From Glycera tridactyla (taxonomy: Eukaryota), in NCBI GenBank assembly GCA_965644265.1, contig OZ286475.1:11098001-11162000 (forward strand): a DNA stretch of 64,000 nucleotides, given 5' to 3'. Of this stretch, positions 25,759-40,076 are shown one piece after another (position 1 is the first letter of the stretch; every line of letters begins with the position of its first letter). The position numbers and the translations under genes are program-made. Below the pieces are notes generated by a model. That model was not told where the DNA came from. It worked only from the letters and a program-made list of their open reading frames with translations, and searched no databases.

Positions 25759-25816
25759 ATGGCGCTGTTTGCTTTCTCTCGTCTCCTATCAATTGTGTCC
25801 CTCATGAAGTTTTCAG
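25759..25816 (+). CDS. Paralogue D exon 1, putative signal peptide
   Basis: ATG at 25759, 19 codons plus G|GTAAGT, 58 nt like B and C. An inverted homolog lies upstream of gene E. Confidence 0.65.
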
Positions 25817-28800
25817 GTAAGTTCAAAAGATTGACAGTAGAACACGTTTTCATCCATGAAATCTGTGAAAAGGCTTGGATATGATATGTGTGTAGAATAT
25901 GACAGGAAATCCGTTGAACATCACCCTGAATCATGGACCAGTATGAACAGGAACTTGAACCCGAATGAACATGAACTTGAACCAGTGTGAAACTGGATTT
26001 GAACCAATATGAACAGGATCATGGAAGATTCCAGCCAGATGGTGTGACTAAGCACCGGTTTGACCCTTCAGGTGTATTCATAGTTTGACCATGTCTCCAT
26101 CAGAAAAGGAAAAAAATTACTGAGCTGAAAGGCAGTGGATGTCTCTCGAGTGGGAATTCACAATGAATAGGAATGCATGGATCTCAATTCGAGAGTATTT
26201 CAGAATTTCGATCGTATTCTCCCAATCAGACTGTTTCTCTAATACACTTCAACCTTCAGTTCGAAAGATGGACAGCTAGAAAAACACACTAAAGTCTGTC
26301 GGACCAGCCAGGTGAGCTATCTCTTTCAGCTGCCGTCAGGGATAGCAAGTTTGATCACTCGTGAGAGGTGACCAAGAATGGTGTGGAAGTTGACCTAGCA
26401 TATGCAACATTGATGAAGGGCTCCCATTCACTAACCCCTTAAGACAGCCATTATCTAAATCTAGCAGATTTAACTCATTGGGTGATACTCGCCAATATAG
26501 GCTGCAATATACATCCCAGTGTGAGATTGAAGCCTAGATATCTCATTTTTCACCACAACAATGGATTTTATAAAGGATATGTCGCCTAACTAAGAATTGC
26601 GCCAATGCCGTCTTGTCATACCAGAAATGGATGGCATTATGCGGTATTGGCTTTGCACCAGGGCCTTGATAGAAAATATCCAGGGTGAAGACTGCATCAA
26701 TCACTTGAGGGAGATAATGCTAGCTCCACTTTGTCTCAGCTAGAAGGACTGTTCACTAACATCCATGATACCTTACTTATTGCATCATTCAATACATATG
26801 CGTATATGTGTGAATCCACAAATAAATGTATACATATACAAATATGTTCAGATATTTATACTCATAGTAAACTATATTTTGTCTCTGTGGTACGGGGAAC
26901 TGTAGTACAAGGTATTTGTGAGGGGCTCGAATGCTCTATTTTTCTGGTTCCAAGATTTGAGATGCAGTTAAAATCTAGGTCACGGAAAAGTCATCTGTCT
27001 CCCAACCTTGATGAATCTGCGTTAGACCTGCTGCAGTCTGTCTCTTTCTGTGATGGATCTGCGACAGTTTTGCCATAGTTTCCTCAAGGTTTGGAGCAAG
27101 CTTAGACCTGTAATGACGCAGAATGAGGCAGACAAAGGCAAATGGAAATGGTGTTGTTTTAGGTCCACTTTCTGCACACGAGTAGGCTTGAATCGGACCA
27201 CCTGCCAAGGAGGCAGACAAAGGCAGATTGGACACGGATTTGACATAGTCTGACAAGAAATGATGTAGAATGACGCATATAGCACAAGTATATGACACAG
27301 ACTGACACATTTTGCGTGAGGATAAGAGACAGACTGACAAGGTTCCAATACAGAAAGAGAGTGGTGGTGGTAAAGAGGGTGCTGGTTGGTTGTAGTTGTA
27401 GATGAGCGTCATCAGTCAATGTGGAATCTGCAGGTTTTCCTTCTCCAAACCCGTGGCTAGTATTTCACTCTTACACTGATCAGATTTTACAAGAAAGTCT
27501 TTCGACAATCTACCGCCGACGAACTAGGAGAGATCTGCCTGAATACGGCTCCAAACCGCTTCAGTGTGAAGGCAGCATCAGGCTCCAGAATTATCCCCCT
27601 CCCCCTATTGTCACTTCCCCCATAGTTAATTCCTTCTACGTAGTCCTCTTTTCTCTCCCTTACTTTCCCCAAAATTGTACTTTCCCAAAAATTGTACACT
27701 CTATTTGATCGATTTGTCATATACTAAAGAATGTATGACAATTATGTAGACATGAGCTCCCTTTCTCTCTCTTCTTCTTCTTCTGCATCAAATATAAAGG
27801 TTCCCCACCAAACTCAGACAAATCACATCATCCTATCCATTCAACATATAGATATTATCTCAGGGTTATCGTAATTACGAGAACCCAACAAACATTACCT
27901 GATTCATAGTATATTATTGCATTTTTGTACGTGAATATATCCATCTCAAACAGAACCAAATATACCATTGTATTTTTGTGATGAGTGAATGAATGTTTAT
28001 TTTTTGTACCACTTTTTCTTTCCGTCGCTTCGAAAACGCCTCTTTATGAGGTACATGTATATTGTACACGATATGACGAAATAAAATAAAGTACTAAACA
28101 AACAAACAAGAATTGGCATTCGGGAGAGCATGTTTGCAGCTTAACTAGTTGAATCTCACTATATCCCATTGTATCCTTCTATCGATATTCAGTCAGAAAA
28201 ATATTATCATCATTATTACAGTAGTAGGGCAATATCAATCTTGTTATCATTGCTGACTAACATTGTATTCAAGTTGACCTGATGAGGATAAATGGACAGG
28301 AAGGAGGTGATAGTAATTGTTTATGGGTCACATCACTGTTACTGACTGCATATACTTAGCAAATGACCAGTGGTGATTTCCCCCAGTAACCACTGAAAAC
28401 CAGTCTCCTGATTGGTGTCTTTACATACCATGCATGCATGAAGATATGCCAATTCAAAATGGCTTGAAAACAATTTCTTCGGTAATCCATTACTGAAACT
28501 CATCGATCTGTAAAAGACCTGGATCATCGCCGGAAGTCATTTTTTTCGATAAGATGTCTATTGAAGTAATGACTAGTGACTGTATTGCCCTCCCCCCCCC
28601 CCATTCTTCATAACTTGTGGTGGTAATGATAGTGTCTCCATCTATCAATCTGTCCATGAGTACGTCCATATTTTCATCCAAACATCTATCAATCAAGAGA
28701 TAAATAACCAAACACATTCATCCAATGCCACCTCTGTCAATTCAACCATCCACCCGCCAACAAAACCAATTATCTGTCAACCCTCCCATTCACCCATCCA

Positions 28801-30866
28801 TATGCGTAGAAGCTATCGGCATATTGTACTGGGTGAGATTCTTGATTCAATCCACAAGTCATATTGCTGTGATTATTGGCTGCCATAATATTTCGGACAA
28901 AATTTGGGTTTTGGCTGGCATGGTCAAGAGATGCTTTTTAGGGGATATATCTATTTGCCCAAATTATCATTCTACTGTAAGTCCATATGATTATCTACCA
29001 TTCACCTTCTGCATCACCCCTCAACTTACTTGCAGATGCAGTAGAGCTTGGTTGGTCCCCAGTGCCGGCAGGTCCATTCGATGAGATCCCTCTCCCTGAT
29101 GGCTCATTGGCACTTCAAAGCCAAAATGGATGCGACTCCATCACTACCTATATCCTACGCATTCACTACAACAGAGGCCTGTATATCTCCAAAGCATACA
29201 CCTCCTGGCCTAAGTATTGGTTCGTTTATAATGAAACACAAGTGGTGAGCTATGACGGTCCTGCTGAAATACTCACTGTTCATCATGGAGAGTGCCAGTG
29301 GATGCCTTTTGACCCAGCACAGAATGACCTGCCAAGCAGTGCCGTTGAAGGTGAGTCGATTTCGGAACTGAATGCATGTTCATCAATCTTTTGTCACCGG
29401 AGGAAGACACATTTCTCATTGTGATAGAGACTGGTATGGTTTTTTTTCTGCTCAACTCGCTTCATGAAACAGCATGGAATGGCCATGGTTTATTGGCTCG
29501 GTGAAATGTCAATGACGATCTACTGATAATATAAACTTTTTGGGCATATGAATTCAATGAAATTGGAGCATATTTTTTTCAAAAGCATGTAGATTATCAG
29601 AAATTAGGTTTGATGTGCTTATGAATATAGCAAAGATGTACTTTACCTACACTAGGATCAAACATGATGGCCTCTTGATCATATTCCCAATCAATCAATG
29701 GTGAAAGATGCTAATCTTGCAGAATGAGGTTAGCGATTGCAGATCGAGCAAATATCACACCATGTGCATGATTACTGTTTGTTGTAGGTGGCTATGACAA
29801 CTCAGGAAGAAGTCTCTATTTGGCCCAATCAGTAGTTGGTTGTCACAAGCATCAATCTGGCTACTATGTTGTGGAGAAAGAGCAATTGTTTGTTCCATAT
29901 GCCGGTGTGAAGATAGAGGACACCATGAATCTTCTGATATGTGGTATGTATTGGTTGAAATTGAAGGTAGTTGTGGTGATATAGATGGTGCAGCTGGTGT
30001 AGGAGTGGTGAATGGTAAGAGATAAAGGGGATAACAGTAATTTTGGTGATGTTGGCGTTGGTGAAGGTATGGGAAAGGAATAGATGGTCATCGTCAAACA
30101 CAACAAACATTAGCCATTTACGAGGGAATCTAAAGAATATGGGCGCATGAAGTATGACGATGAAGATCATGGGCTGGGATAGTTGAGTATATTTCATCAG
30201 CAACTTCATCACCCTTTTTGGCATACTTGTCCCATGTTTCAGTCTCACACAAATCTCTCGAATTGAAGCGATTTTCAGCTCTACTCAATCAATCAATGTA
30301 CGTCCTTGCCTGCTCAGCCATGTGTGAAGCATTTGAACATCCACTAAACAAGCCAAAAAAGGAGACAGTCATATCAACCTACCCAATGACAAATTGACTG
30401 AGTGCTTGACTGACAGAACAATTGACTAACCGATAGACATACTATCGGACTGACAATCTTACCTACTGACTGAAGGCCAAAAGCACAGACAGATAAACAG
30501 GGACATAGATGCTTCTCCCCCTACTCGGCCATTGACTAAAAGCATGCACAGAGATTTCACATGAGTCGTTTTGGCCACCTTCATCATGACTATCATCAAT
30601 ATCGGTTGTTGCTGGCAGATTCAGTTTGATTGATTATCATGTTTGTTCTCTTCGCAGACTACCCACGTGCTCATCACTTCACACCTCTCAACCAAGTGAT
30701 GAATCTGAGCACATCCAGCAGTGATCCAGTATGCACCGCCTCTGCTCAACTGAAAGTCAGAAGTGAGATAGAATGTGCCCTCAGGTGCACCTTGTCCCTT
30801 CCATGCAGTAGCTGCCAGAAAGAACCAGGTGCATCTGTTGTGATGCTCAGGACAGCCCTCCCATAA
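25759..30866 (+). CDS. Secreted DM9-DM9-(truncated Apple) protein, paralogue D (4 exons, 245 aa)
   Basis: Exons 25759-25816 (MALFAFSRLLSIVSLMKFS G|GTAAGT), 29036-29350, 29788-29943 and 30658-30866, in frame. The Apple exon carries a 66-nt in-frame deletion. Confidence 0.75.
29036..29350 (+). CDS. Paralogue D exon 2, DM9 repeat 1
   Basis: CTTGCAG| AVELGWSPVPAGPFDEIPLPDGS...YILRIHYNRGLYISKA...AEILTVHHGECQWMPFDPAQNDLPSSAVE G|GTGAGT. Confidence 0.85.
29788..29943 (+). CDS. Paralogue D exon 3, DM9 repeat 2
   Basis: TTGTAG|GGYDNSGRSLYLAQSVVGCHKHQSGYYVVEKEQLFVPYAGVKIEDTMNLLIC G|GTATGT. Confidence 0.85.
30658..30866 (+). CDS. Paralogue D exon 4, Apple-like domain with internal 22-codon deletion
   Basis: 209 nt versus 275 nt in B, C and E. 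Reads ...SLPC-S-SCQKEPG and lacks RWISLVPTTHGHYxCFLHQQF. Confidence 0.8.
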
Positions 30867-31311
30867 TGAGGGAATGATGACAATGCCACAAGCAATGATG
30901 GTCCTAGTCTTGGTTGGACTAGTGATTTGTCGAGGGTAGACCATGATTATTGAGACCGCAAATTATAAACCACAACTTATCAGCAATTTGCCCTTTTTCA
31001 TATACAATACTGATATGGTGATATAACAGGAACCAGGTGCAACAATTGCGATAGATAGCCTCCGAATATTGTGCAGATTACTAAAATGACAAATCCAATG
31101 ATGGGCCTAGCTGGACTTGTGATGTGACTAGAATAGCACTCGAATGCCAAGAAAAATGATAGGGAACATAACTGTTCCAGCAATCTGTTTGTTACAGTTT
31201 TGAATTTTAAACTACTGGTAATGCGGATGTATATCTAATAATGAAAAAAATGCGAGTCATGTCACCACATTGTAATTTTGGTTGATGAAAATCATCTAGT
31301 CGGCGATATAA

Positions 31312-34300
31312 TACAGAATACAGAATACAGAATTCTTTATTGTGTCAGATACATATATACAGAATATTTACTCGAGACCCGAACGGGTCGTATTACGTGC
31401 TAACACAAACGTGATAGCGATAATGCCAGATACTAATAATGCACAGAGTTGTAGTGTTACTTGGGTATCACACCACCAACAGATGGTTCCACTGATACAC
31501 GAACAAGGTATATGATAGAATCTCAGTGCTGCATAGATAAGTAAATCGATTAGAATAACCTGACATGCTGGAGGAGCATGGGCAGAACAAGTATCAGAAT
31601 GACCCTCAGATTGCAATTAAATCATAGAATCAAACCATCAATCAATCAGGCATTGATTCCATATATCCCAGTCTACAACAAATACATGTCAATAACCTAA
31701 ATAGTTACAGGATCAGGGGTAGCAGATATATCGGTCAGGTATATATTCCACAATACATCTTGAACATTTGAACAAACAAAAGGCAATTTAAAGGAGTCGA
31801 TCAATGCTAGATGAGGGCCTGAGCAATCTTTTCAGGATCTCAAGAGATGCGGAATTTCGTACTGCAATACTAGAGGCATTCCACACCTGGGCAACTCTTA
31901 CCCTAAAATTCCGGTCTGAGAAATGTAATTTGCAGCGCGGTACAATAAGATAGTTGGCACTCCCTGCCATAGAGCATGACCTGGTTCGTGCCCCGGCTGT
32001 TTGTGCCTCCATTTTAACAAAAAAGTCACTCACAGGATTACTGGTGTTGCTGTTGTATGAGGCTCGACGGACCTCTATGATTGTATTGTCTTGACGTTCG
32101 TCAACAAGGAATTTTGAATCAAGCATAGTATGGAGGTGAGTTGCCGAATAAGACAAGCCTGCATTCAATATTACCGCTAAGCACTTATTCTGTGAGACCT
32201 GTAGCTTTTCAGAGACACTCACTGTGCAGGCACCATACACGTAGTCCAGGTACAGATACAATGGATGGATAAGACTCGTGTAGAGCTCATGGGCAAGATC
32301 CTGACTGATTGAGGGACGCAGATAATACAATGCTCGTCTCCTAAAGTTCACTTTCTTAACCAGATAATCTATATGTTCACTAAATGTAAGCGACCCATCC
32401 GAAATGATCCCCAGGTATTTATACAGATCAACTTGTTCCATTTGTACTCCATCAAACATAATGTTCATAGGTAGACAGAGTCTAAGGCGCTGACTAGTGC
32501 TGAAGATCATCATTTTCGACTTCATTAAATTCAAGGACAATTTCCTAGTCTCAAACCATCTTGTCACATTGCAGAGATCCTCATTCAGAGCATTTTCAAT
32601 TTGGTGAATGGTCTTCCCACTGATGAGCGAAGCAGTATCATCTGCATAAAGAAATGGTAAACAACAAAGGCTCAACGAGTTAACATATAGAATGAATAAT
32701 AATGGGCCTTAAATAGACCCTTGTGGGACCCTGCAATATTGGCAGCAAACAAGAGACTGATTGGCCAGCCTTGGTTCCTTGCATGCGCCCTCCCAGGTAG
32801 GATGTCATCCACTCGAGGGAGGCATCATTAAAACCAATACATGATAACTCGTCAATGAGAAGCTTATGGTCCACGGTATCGAAGGCCTTCTTCAGGTCCA
32901 GGAAGAGGACCCCACACACTCTCCCCCCTCAGCTGCCTGGTAAATCTGGTCCAGGAGGCTGAGGAGACAAGTGCCAGTGGAGTACCCCTTCCTGAACCCA
33001 AATTGAGAAGGCACTAAGATACCGTGGGTGTTGACGAAATCAAATATTCAGCCATGTACCAAACGTTCTAGCAATTTACCCAAAACTGGTGGGAGACTGA
33101 TGGGTCTGAAATTACCCAGTTCATTTGTAGGTCCTCCTTTGTGTATCAGGGTTACGATGCCATTTTTCCAACCCGATTGGAAGATGGAGGCATTTACAGA
33201 CAAATTAAAAATGTGCCCTAGTACCGGGCTGATCACTGCTGCAGATGCTTTCAGAAAAAAACTCGTTATGTCATCAAGACCACTGGCAGAGGAATTACTC
33301 AAGTCAAGGATGTTTTTCAAAACTTGAATATGCGAGAAATGTCCGATATCAAACTTTTGTCCATTATCAAGATTCAGTCCTAGACTTGAAGTAAGATGGC
33401 AGGCAGTATCTGGTATGTTCTCTGCAAGAGTTTCACCTATCTTAGTTAGGTATTCGTTCATTTTCCCTGAAACTACATTATCACTATGAGTGCCATTGTC
33501 AGATGCGACAGTCGGTTGGACATGGACCTTACGAGCCATGGGCCAGAAGCGACTGATTTCCCGCCACACCTTTTTGGGGTCTTTACCTGCTTTCTTCAAA
33601 CACCCAGAGATATGATCACGTTTGAGTTTCTTTTGTAGTCTGTTCTTCAGACGCAGTGCTTCCTGTTTCAGTAATAGATTATACTGGGACATATTCTTGT
33701 TATAACGCTTTGATCTAATCTCTACATATTCAATGGCAGTCAGGTAGTCGGCGTTGACCCATGGTTGGTGGTTGGCCTCTATGGTTATGACTTTCTTTGG
33801 AGCGTGTTCATTCACAATATCAACAAATAAACATGCGAACTCATGGCTGGCAGCCTCCACATCCTGACTTTCATAAGTAACGTCCCAGTTTATGGAATTC
33901 AAGTCTTCGCAAAACACTGTACGATTAAATCTATTCGTGCTACGGGTTTCAACGGTGCGCTTTTCAGATGGAATTTTGATCCTGTGCCGTGCGGTGAATG
34001 TTAGGTGATGATCACTCAAGCCTGGGTCTAGGCATTCATGGCGAGAGTAATAATCATTCCTAGTGACCGCGATGTGATCTATACATGACGAGGACGTGGG
34101 ACTAAGCCGTGTCGGAGTGGTAATCACTTGTATGCGACCTAGATTATCGCAGAACCTGTAATATTGTTTGGTCAAATGGTTTTTGCATGCCAAAAGATCA
34201 ATATTAGCGTCTTCTGTCAAAATTGAATCTGCAGGTGATTTCAGGGCAGGGTCCTTTATAACTTCTTCTAGTGATTTATGGGCATTAGTCAGCGATCCAT

Positions 34301-34680
34301 CTGGGGGCCTGTATATCTGAAACAGATGCGTAGGGCGAGCTTTATGCAACGTAAGCGTGAAGCACAATACTTCGATGTCTTTCTTGCAAAAACAAAGAGA
34401 TTCATCCAGTGTAATATTATATTTTGTTTTATATTAACCCACAAGCCCACCTCCCCAGATTTACAATCAATGCTGTTTCTATCTTGCCTGATGAAATAAT
34501 AGCCGGGAATCATAATTTCTGTATCATCAATAGATGAGTTTAGAAAAGATTCGCTTAGGCAGAGAATGTCTAGTTGGCTAGTAAGCAGGAGACTAGACAC
34601 ATCATCAACTTTCCTGCTCAGACTGCGGATATTCAGTCCAGCTATTGAGATCCCGGGGAAGATTGCTTAGGGACATAGAA
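31312..34680 (-). mobile_element. CR1/L2-group LINE ORF2 (APE endonuclease plus RT), frameshifted, with 3' tail
   Basis: GLNIRSL...LDILCLSES (APE start ~34660), SSSCIDHI, QFGFRKGYST, FLDLKKAFDTVDH, YADDT and YKYLG, split over at least 4 frames. The 3' end is AATAAA followed by (ATTCTGT)n at ~31312-31341. Confidence 0.92.
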
Positions 34681-36061
34681 CAGTGATCTTTATCATCAAA
34701 AATGCACTTAAAAGGGAAGACATATTTGGGTCTATGTGGGTTAGACATCCTAATGATGGGGAGGTTTTCTTGTACTGCAATTCAGTGTTCATGAGAGAGG
34801 AAGTCATAGGATGTAGAAGGGGCCGTTTTCTTCCGTATTGCCCGGTTATGAGTCGTCTCAATGCCAATAGTCCATAGTGACGTGATCATGGTTTATGACC
34901 AAGAAAGACTGCAGTATAGACGCTAGATGGTGGTTATGAGTCTACTGATGAGTACTGAGTAGGACGCTTGGTGATTTGGGTGAGACAGGATTCTACTGCT
35001 GGGTGGCATATCATGATTGACTCAATGTGATGCTGGGTGTATCTTGTCTAGGCCATGGATGATGAGGCTTGCAGACCAGGGAGCAGTTGAGAAAAAGGCG
35101 GTCAAATTGACGCTAGATGGCATCTCCTGAACGAAATCATAAGATGCTAGTTGTAGCTTCTATAGGCCACGGATGAGCAGGGCGGTGGACCAGGGAGTGT
35201 GCAGGGTGTTCCATCAAGAAAAGATTTGAAGTTGTATCAGACTTGTTTTCTCAAGGCAAGTGTCGCATAGCACCTTTTGTTTACTAGTAATATGTTCAGG
35301 AATGCTTGTATTAGGTCATGTCATGATCAAGGTGGAAAAATGAAGGGAGAAGTTATCGAGTTATTTCTAGCGGGGTCCCCTGAGATGCACAGTGTAGGAG
35401 TTGTTATCATTAGAGACAGTCGATGATAATATCATACATTAAGCATATCAACAAATGTGACCGAGGGGATGAACGAATAAATCGTTGTGGAATTCTCATT
35501 CTACCTAACGAGGGGTTGCACAGGAGTGAGCGGGAATGCTTCAGTTTTTGAAGGGTCAGGAGTATAAGTTTTGAGTTTCAAGTTTTAAGCTCAATATGAT
35601 AACCATAGAATGAATGAAAGCTGAGTAGTACAATGCACGATGGAATCCCTATTCTATACACGAGGAATCGCGCGAGTTCATGGGCGCCGCCATCTTAAAT
35701 TTTCACGCGAGTACCGCATTGCCCGCTCACTTCTGGTTCAGCTCAATCCCATTGAAAATACATTGATTTCATGACTCTTTCTGGCCCTCCCACAGCTTTG
35801 ATCCTCGGCGTCCACACCTTCTGCGTTTACCTGTGAATTCACAGAACCTTGTTGTCTTCGCTTTCTCAGCTTTCCTGTGAACTTCGACAGTGTTGCCAAT
35901 GATGAGCAATGTCTCTCACGCCTTCACAGCTCACCACAACTCAGAGAGGGTCCGTCGATCTTTGAGTCATGGTTTCCACACGTCAACCCCCGAACTCTCA
36001 GTCTTGACTTTCGAATCCTACCCATGAGCTCAATCAAATACTACTACTACTACTACTGCAT

Positions 36062-36201
36062 CAAAAAGTGGTCTTTACAGGGAGGTGGGCTGCGTAGAGA
36101 GGTCATTCACTATTGAAAATACTACGACTATTGAAACTCAGGGTGGCCTTTATGGTGAGGTGGTCTTTATAGAGAGGGGATCATTGGAGGAGGTTCGAAT
36201 G
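36062..36201. mobile_element. Partial Tc1/mariner-type MITE (right end)
   Basis: Repeated GGTGGTC/CTTTA(C/T)AG motifs ending GAGGTTCGAATG|TA, resembling the elements at 51282 and 59919. Confidence 0.45.
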
Positions 36202-36932
36202 TAATAATAATAATGATAATAATAATAACAACAACAACAACAATAATGATAATAATAGGATTGTCAATGGAGAAAATAATAGTAACAATGCTGATGATAA
36301 TTTGCTTGCTGACCTTAAAGTGAAAAGATCTTTTTTTGGTTTTGTTGGGGGTTCAACATCACGTCAGCTCCATCTGGGCTATATTGTGACGCCCATCAGT
36401 GGGCATGAGTGGGATCATTCGAGACTCGTCCTTCTGGATCCCCAACCGAAGGCGAAAATTTATGAAATTCACAGACACTCACTTTACCTCCATATCAATC
36501 AATCCCTGAATTCATCAATGATATCATGAGGAGGCAATGGAAATTAATCCTGAAAAGTGCCCATCGCAGGCGGGATTCACAGCAAACAAAAGAAATAAGA
36601 ACTGCGAGCTCAAAGAACTCGTCATGCTTTGAGCCTTGGCTTCTATGCCTTCACAAATCACCCCTAAAGGGGTGCCGCTGCCGAGCCGTGGCTTTCACGC
36701 CTTCACATATCACTGGTGAAGTCAAAGAGGGACTGTCAAGCTTTGAGCCGTGGCTTCTACACCTTCAACTCTGATCTCTGAGCCATGGCTTCCACACCTT
36801 CACCTTTGAAGTCCAAGAAGCGGGCCAAGAACGTAGGGAGGGGGGGTGACGAAAGGAGGGACGATGTGAGGGATGGCGGGTTGATGGTCACATTATTATT
36901 ATTGTTGTAGGATGCGTTTTTCGTTACGTAAA

Positions 36933-37482
36933 NNNNNNNNNNNNNNNNNNNNNNNNNNNNNNNNNNNNNNNNNNNNNNNNNNNNNNNNNNNNNNNNNNNN
37001 NNNNNNNNNNNNNNNNNNNNNNNNNNNNNNNNNNNNNNNNNNNNNNNNNNNNNNNNNNNNNNNNNNNNNNNNNNNNNNNNNNNNNNNNNNNNNNNNNNNN
37101 NNNNNNNNNNNNNNNNNNNNNNNNNNNNNNNNNNNNNNNNNNNNNNNNNNNNNNNNNNNNNNNNNNNNNNNNNNNNNNNNNNNNNNNNNNNNNNNNNNNN
37201 NNNNNNNNAGCACGTCTTCAACGTAGGGAGTGGGACCAAGATTTGGAGGAAGCGTCCTTTGTGCGCTGTTTTGCGTGACGTCACAATGTTGTAGGACGCG
37301 TTTTTTGTTACGTAAANNNNNNNNNNNNNNNNNNNNNNNNNNNNNNNNNNNNNNNNNNNNNNNNNNNNNNNNNNNNNNNNNNNNNNNNNNNNNNNNNNNN
37401 NNNNNNNNNNNNNNNNNNNNNNNNNNNNNNNNNNNNNNNNNNNNNNNNNNNNNNNNNNNNNNNNNNNNNNNNNNNNNNNNNN
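36933..37482. other. Two N gaps (36933-37208, 37317-37482) within a tandem repeat
   Basis: Both gaps are preceded by TTGTAGGA(T/C)GCGTTTTT..GTTACGTAAA. Confidence 0.8.
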
Positions 37483-40076
37483 TTACCATTACACTGCGTA
37501 CGTAAGAGAGACGTCCGACCATGGGAAGGTAAAACCGTGAGTTGAAAGAAACCCGTCCTTTCTCTTTTTTTATTTTGAAAAATATTACTATTATTATTTT
37601 GTTATATTTCTAGTAATAATGATAATGATGATACTAACTCACGATCCCATCAACAATCTAATATCAACCGCCCCTCTCACAATTAATGAATCACTGGAAC
37701 ATTACTATTCAACTGCAATACGTGATCAAGTTCACAGTGTCAGGGCTTCAGGAGAGAGAAGGACAGCAACAAAAGAGAAAGGATCATGATAAATCACCAA
37801 TATAGTCATGATGGACATGGTAAAGAAAGAGTTATGTTTGTATCCGATATGCTCTTTGACTTCTCTGTGATGAGTTGATCAAAGTACCCGCCACCAGCGC
37901 GCCTAATATCGGCGCATATCGCCCGGAAGTGGTGGGGCAATGTGAGGGCGTCTGCTATTACCCATGATTCTACGCGCGCCCAGCGGCGCCCTCTAGCCAA
38001 CAAATCGTCCTCTATACATAGGACAGGTAACTATACAGTTGTTGGTTATTGGGAGAGGTAAATCAACTGTCATGCCGCAATACATGAATGTCAGGAAATT
38101 TGCATTAAAAGAATGGGTTGATGCAAGTAATGCATCTTATTCCAAATTTGTTGGGAAATGGCTCTCTAATTTACATGAACAACTTGTTCATTGGATATAC
38201 TGGTGTTGATGTTGTATAATAAATACAGAGAACCAACATATATGACTGACTTGGGGTAGGAGGTTTGAGCTTGACATATTGAGACAAAGATCAGCTGAAA
38301 GCATTACAAACAACCATACAGGCATTTTGAAACAACACAAAAAACGTGCCTGAGCGCCACCTGAATGTAGTGTGACTATTCAGGATTGCATTCATTATAA
38401 CTTTCACCCTTGCAACTCACAGGGCTCAAAGAGACGACTACATTTATCAGCAACAAGCATAGGAAACAAGGTTAGATACTTCCCTAATTATAAGTGTCCC
38501 AAAATCGGCACATATATATGATTGTCTGATCACACATCTCACATCTGAACACACATTTACCTTCTCCGCTTGTTCTAGTAACACTCATATCCAATAAAAG
38601 GTCACATTATGTACAGAAATAAAGCTAGGTACATCTACTGAAACACACACTTTCACGCACTGACACACACACACACATCCTGTCAGTTTCATACTTATGA
38701 GGCTCTCCTTTCTTGTAACATAGAGCATGATTCACTTGTCAACTATTGCTACAGAAAATTTTCTTCTGGTAAGAATCCAAATTGTAAATAGAAATTGCCA
38801 TGGTGGAACAGAAGCATACTTCACCCAGAGTTGTTTGATACAAGAACATAGATGAGGATCAGATACAAGAACATCAATAACATCAATATCAACAAGAAAA
38901 TCAAAATCAACAGGAAACATTAGGAGGAGGTAGAGAGCTAGACACTGAAACTAGAAAGAGAATAGAAAGCCAAAAAACTAAAAAATCTCAAAGCAAACGT
39001 CAGAACAAGTTTGCTATATGACGCTTCAACTCTGTCAAGCACACTGATGCATACTCTCTCGTTCGTCCCTCACACACTGGTTCCTGATTCTCATACTATT
39101 GCTCGTTCTCTCAGCCTCTTCTTGTCTCTCATCCACTCACTCATTTATCATTCCACTCACTCTCTCTCCTCTCACTTTTTCAATCTTTCATTTGCACACC
39201 TTATACGCTATTATCAATTGGTTTAGTTTCAATCTTTGACCAATTACACGCTGACATTCTGCTCTACCTCCTTCTCATAAGTTAACAATTTAATATTATT
39301 GACAGTGATCATACAGACTGAACTCCCTGTTATCTCAAATCTCTCAGGAGAAGATTTGGAGTTTCGGAGTTTCATGCTGGTAACACCAACAACAAGTGCA
39401 GAGGAGTAATCTGTGCTGATACATCATATGATATCATCATTGATGACAGTGAATTTATAAATTAATATAACATCAAACATCTATCAACAGAACATCAGAC
39501 TCGCACCATAATTCAGTGTCAATTACTGTGCCAATAATATCTATGCCATTGATTGATTCATATACTCACATATTCGCTCTTTTACTCGTACTGCCACTCT
39601 ATCACTCCCACTCGCATCTCACTTGCAGCAAAAACTAGTTCATAATAGTTTATGCTGATACGCCAAATTTTATGTTGATAGTAAATACAACAAGCATTCT
39701 AGCATCAAGACGTCAAACTCATACCTTCACTCACTCATTCTCTATTTCTCTGGCTTTTTGTCCGACACTCTCACTCTAACTCACTCTTACTCACCGTGCC
39801 TCCCCTCTATCTCATTTCCTGCCATGTATCTACTACCAATATGTCGTGATCAACACGCTGACTGGTGTTTCAGGTTTGTTGTATATGTACCATATGAGGA
39901 AACTACGAGGTACATTCGCCATGCAGTTAAGATTGTGGAGTATAGCCATCGGCTCAGGTTCATGTAGGGAAAATACATATAATCAACAGTGCGCATTCGA
40001 AGAATGATGATTTGAGCAAATAGAGTAAAGTGAGATTGAAAGAGTAATCACATGATTGCACAGGGGACACGAAGCA

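Noticed and set aside
33028-33327. Plus-strand ORFs overlapping LINE/ORF1 regions (also 40331-40741, 41991-42404, 63079-63264)
   Set aside because: Antisense shadows of retroelement coding sequence.
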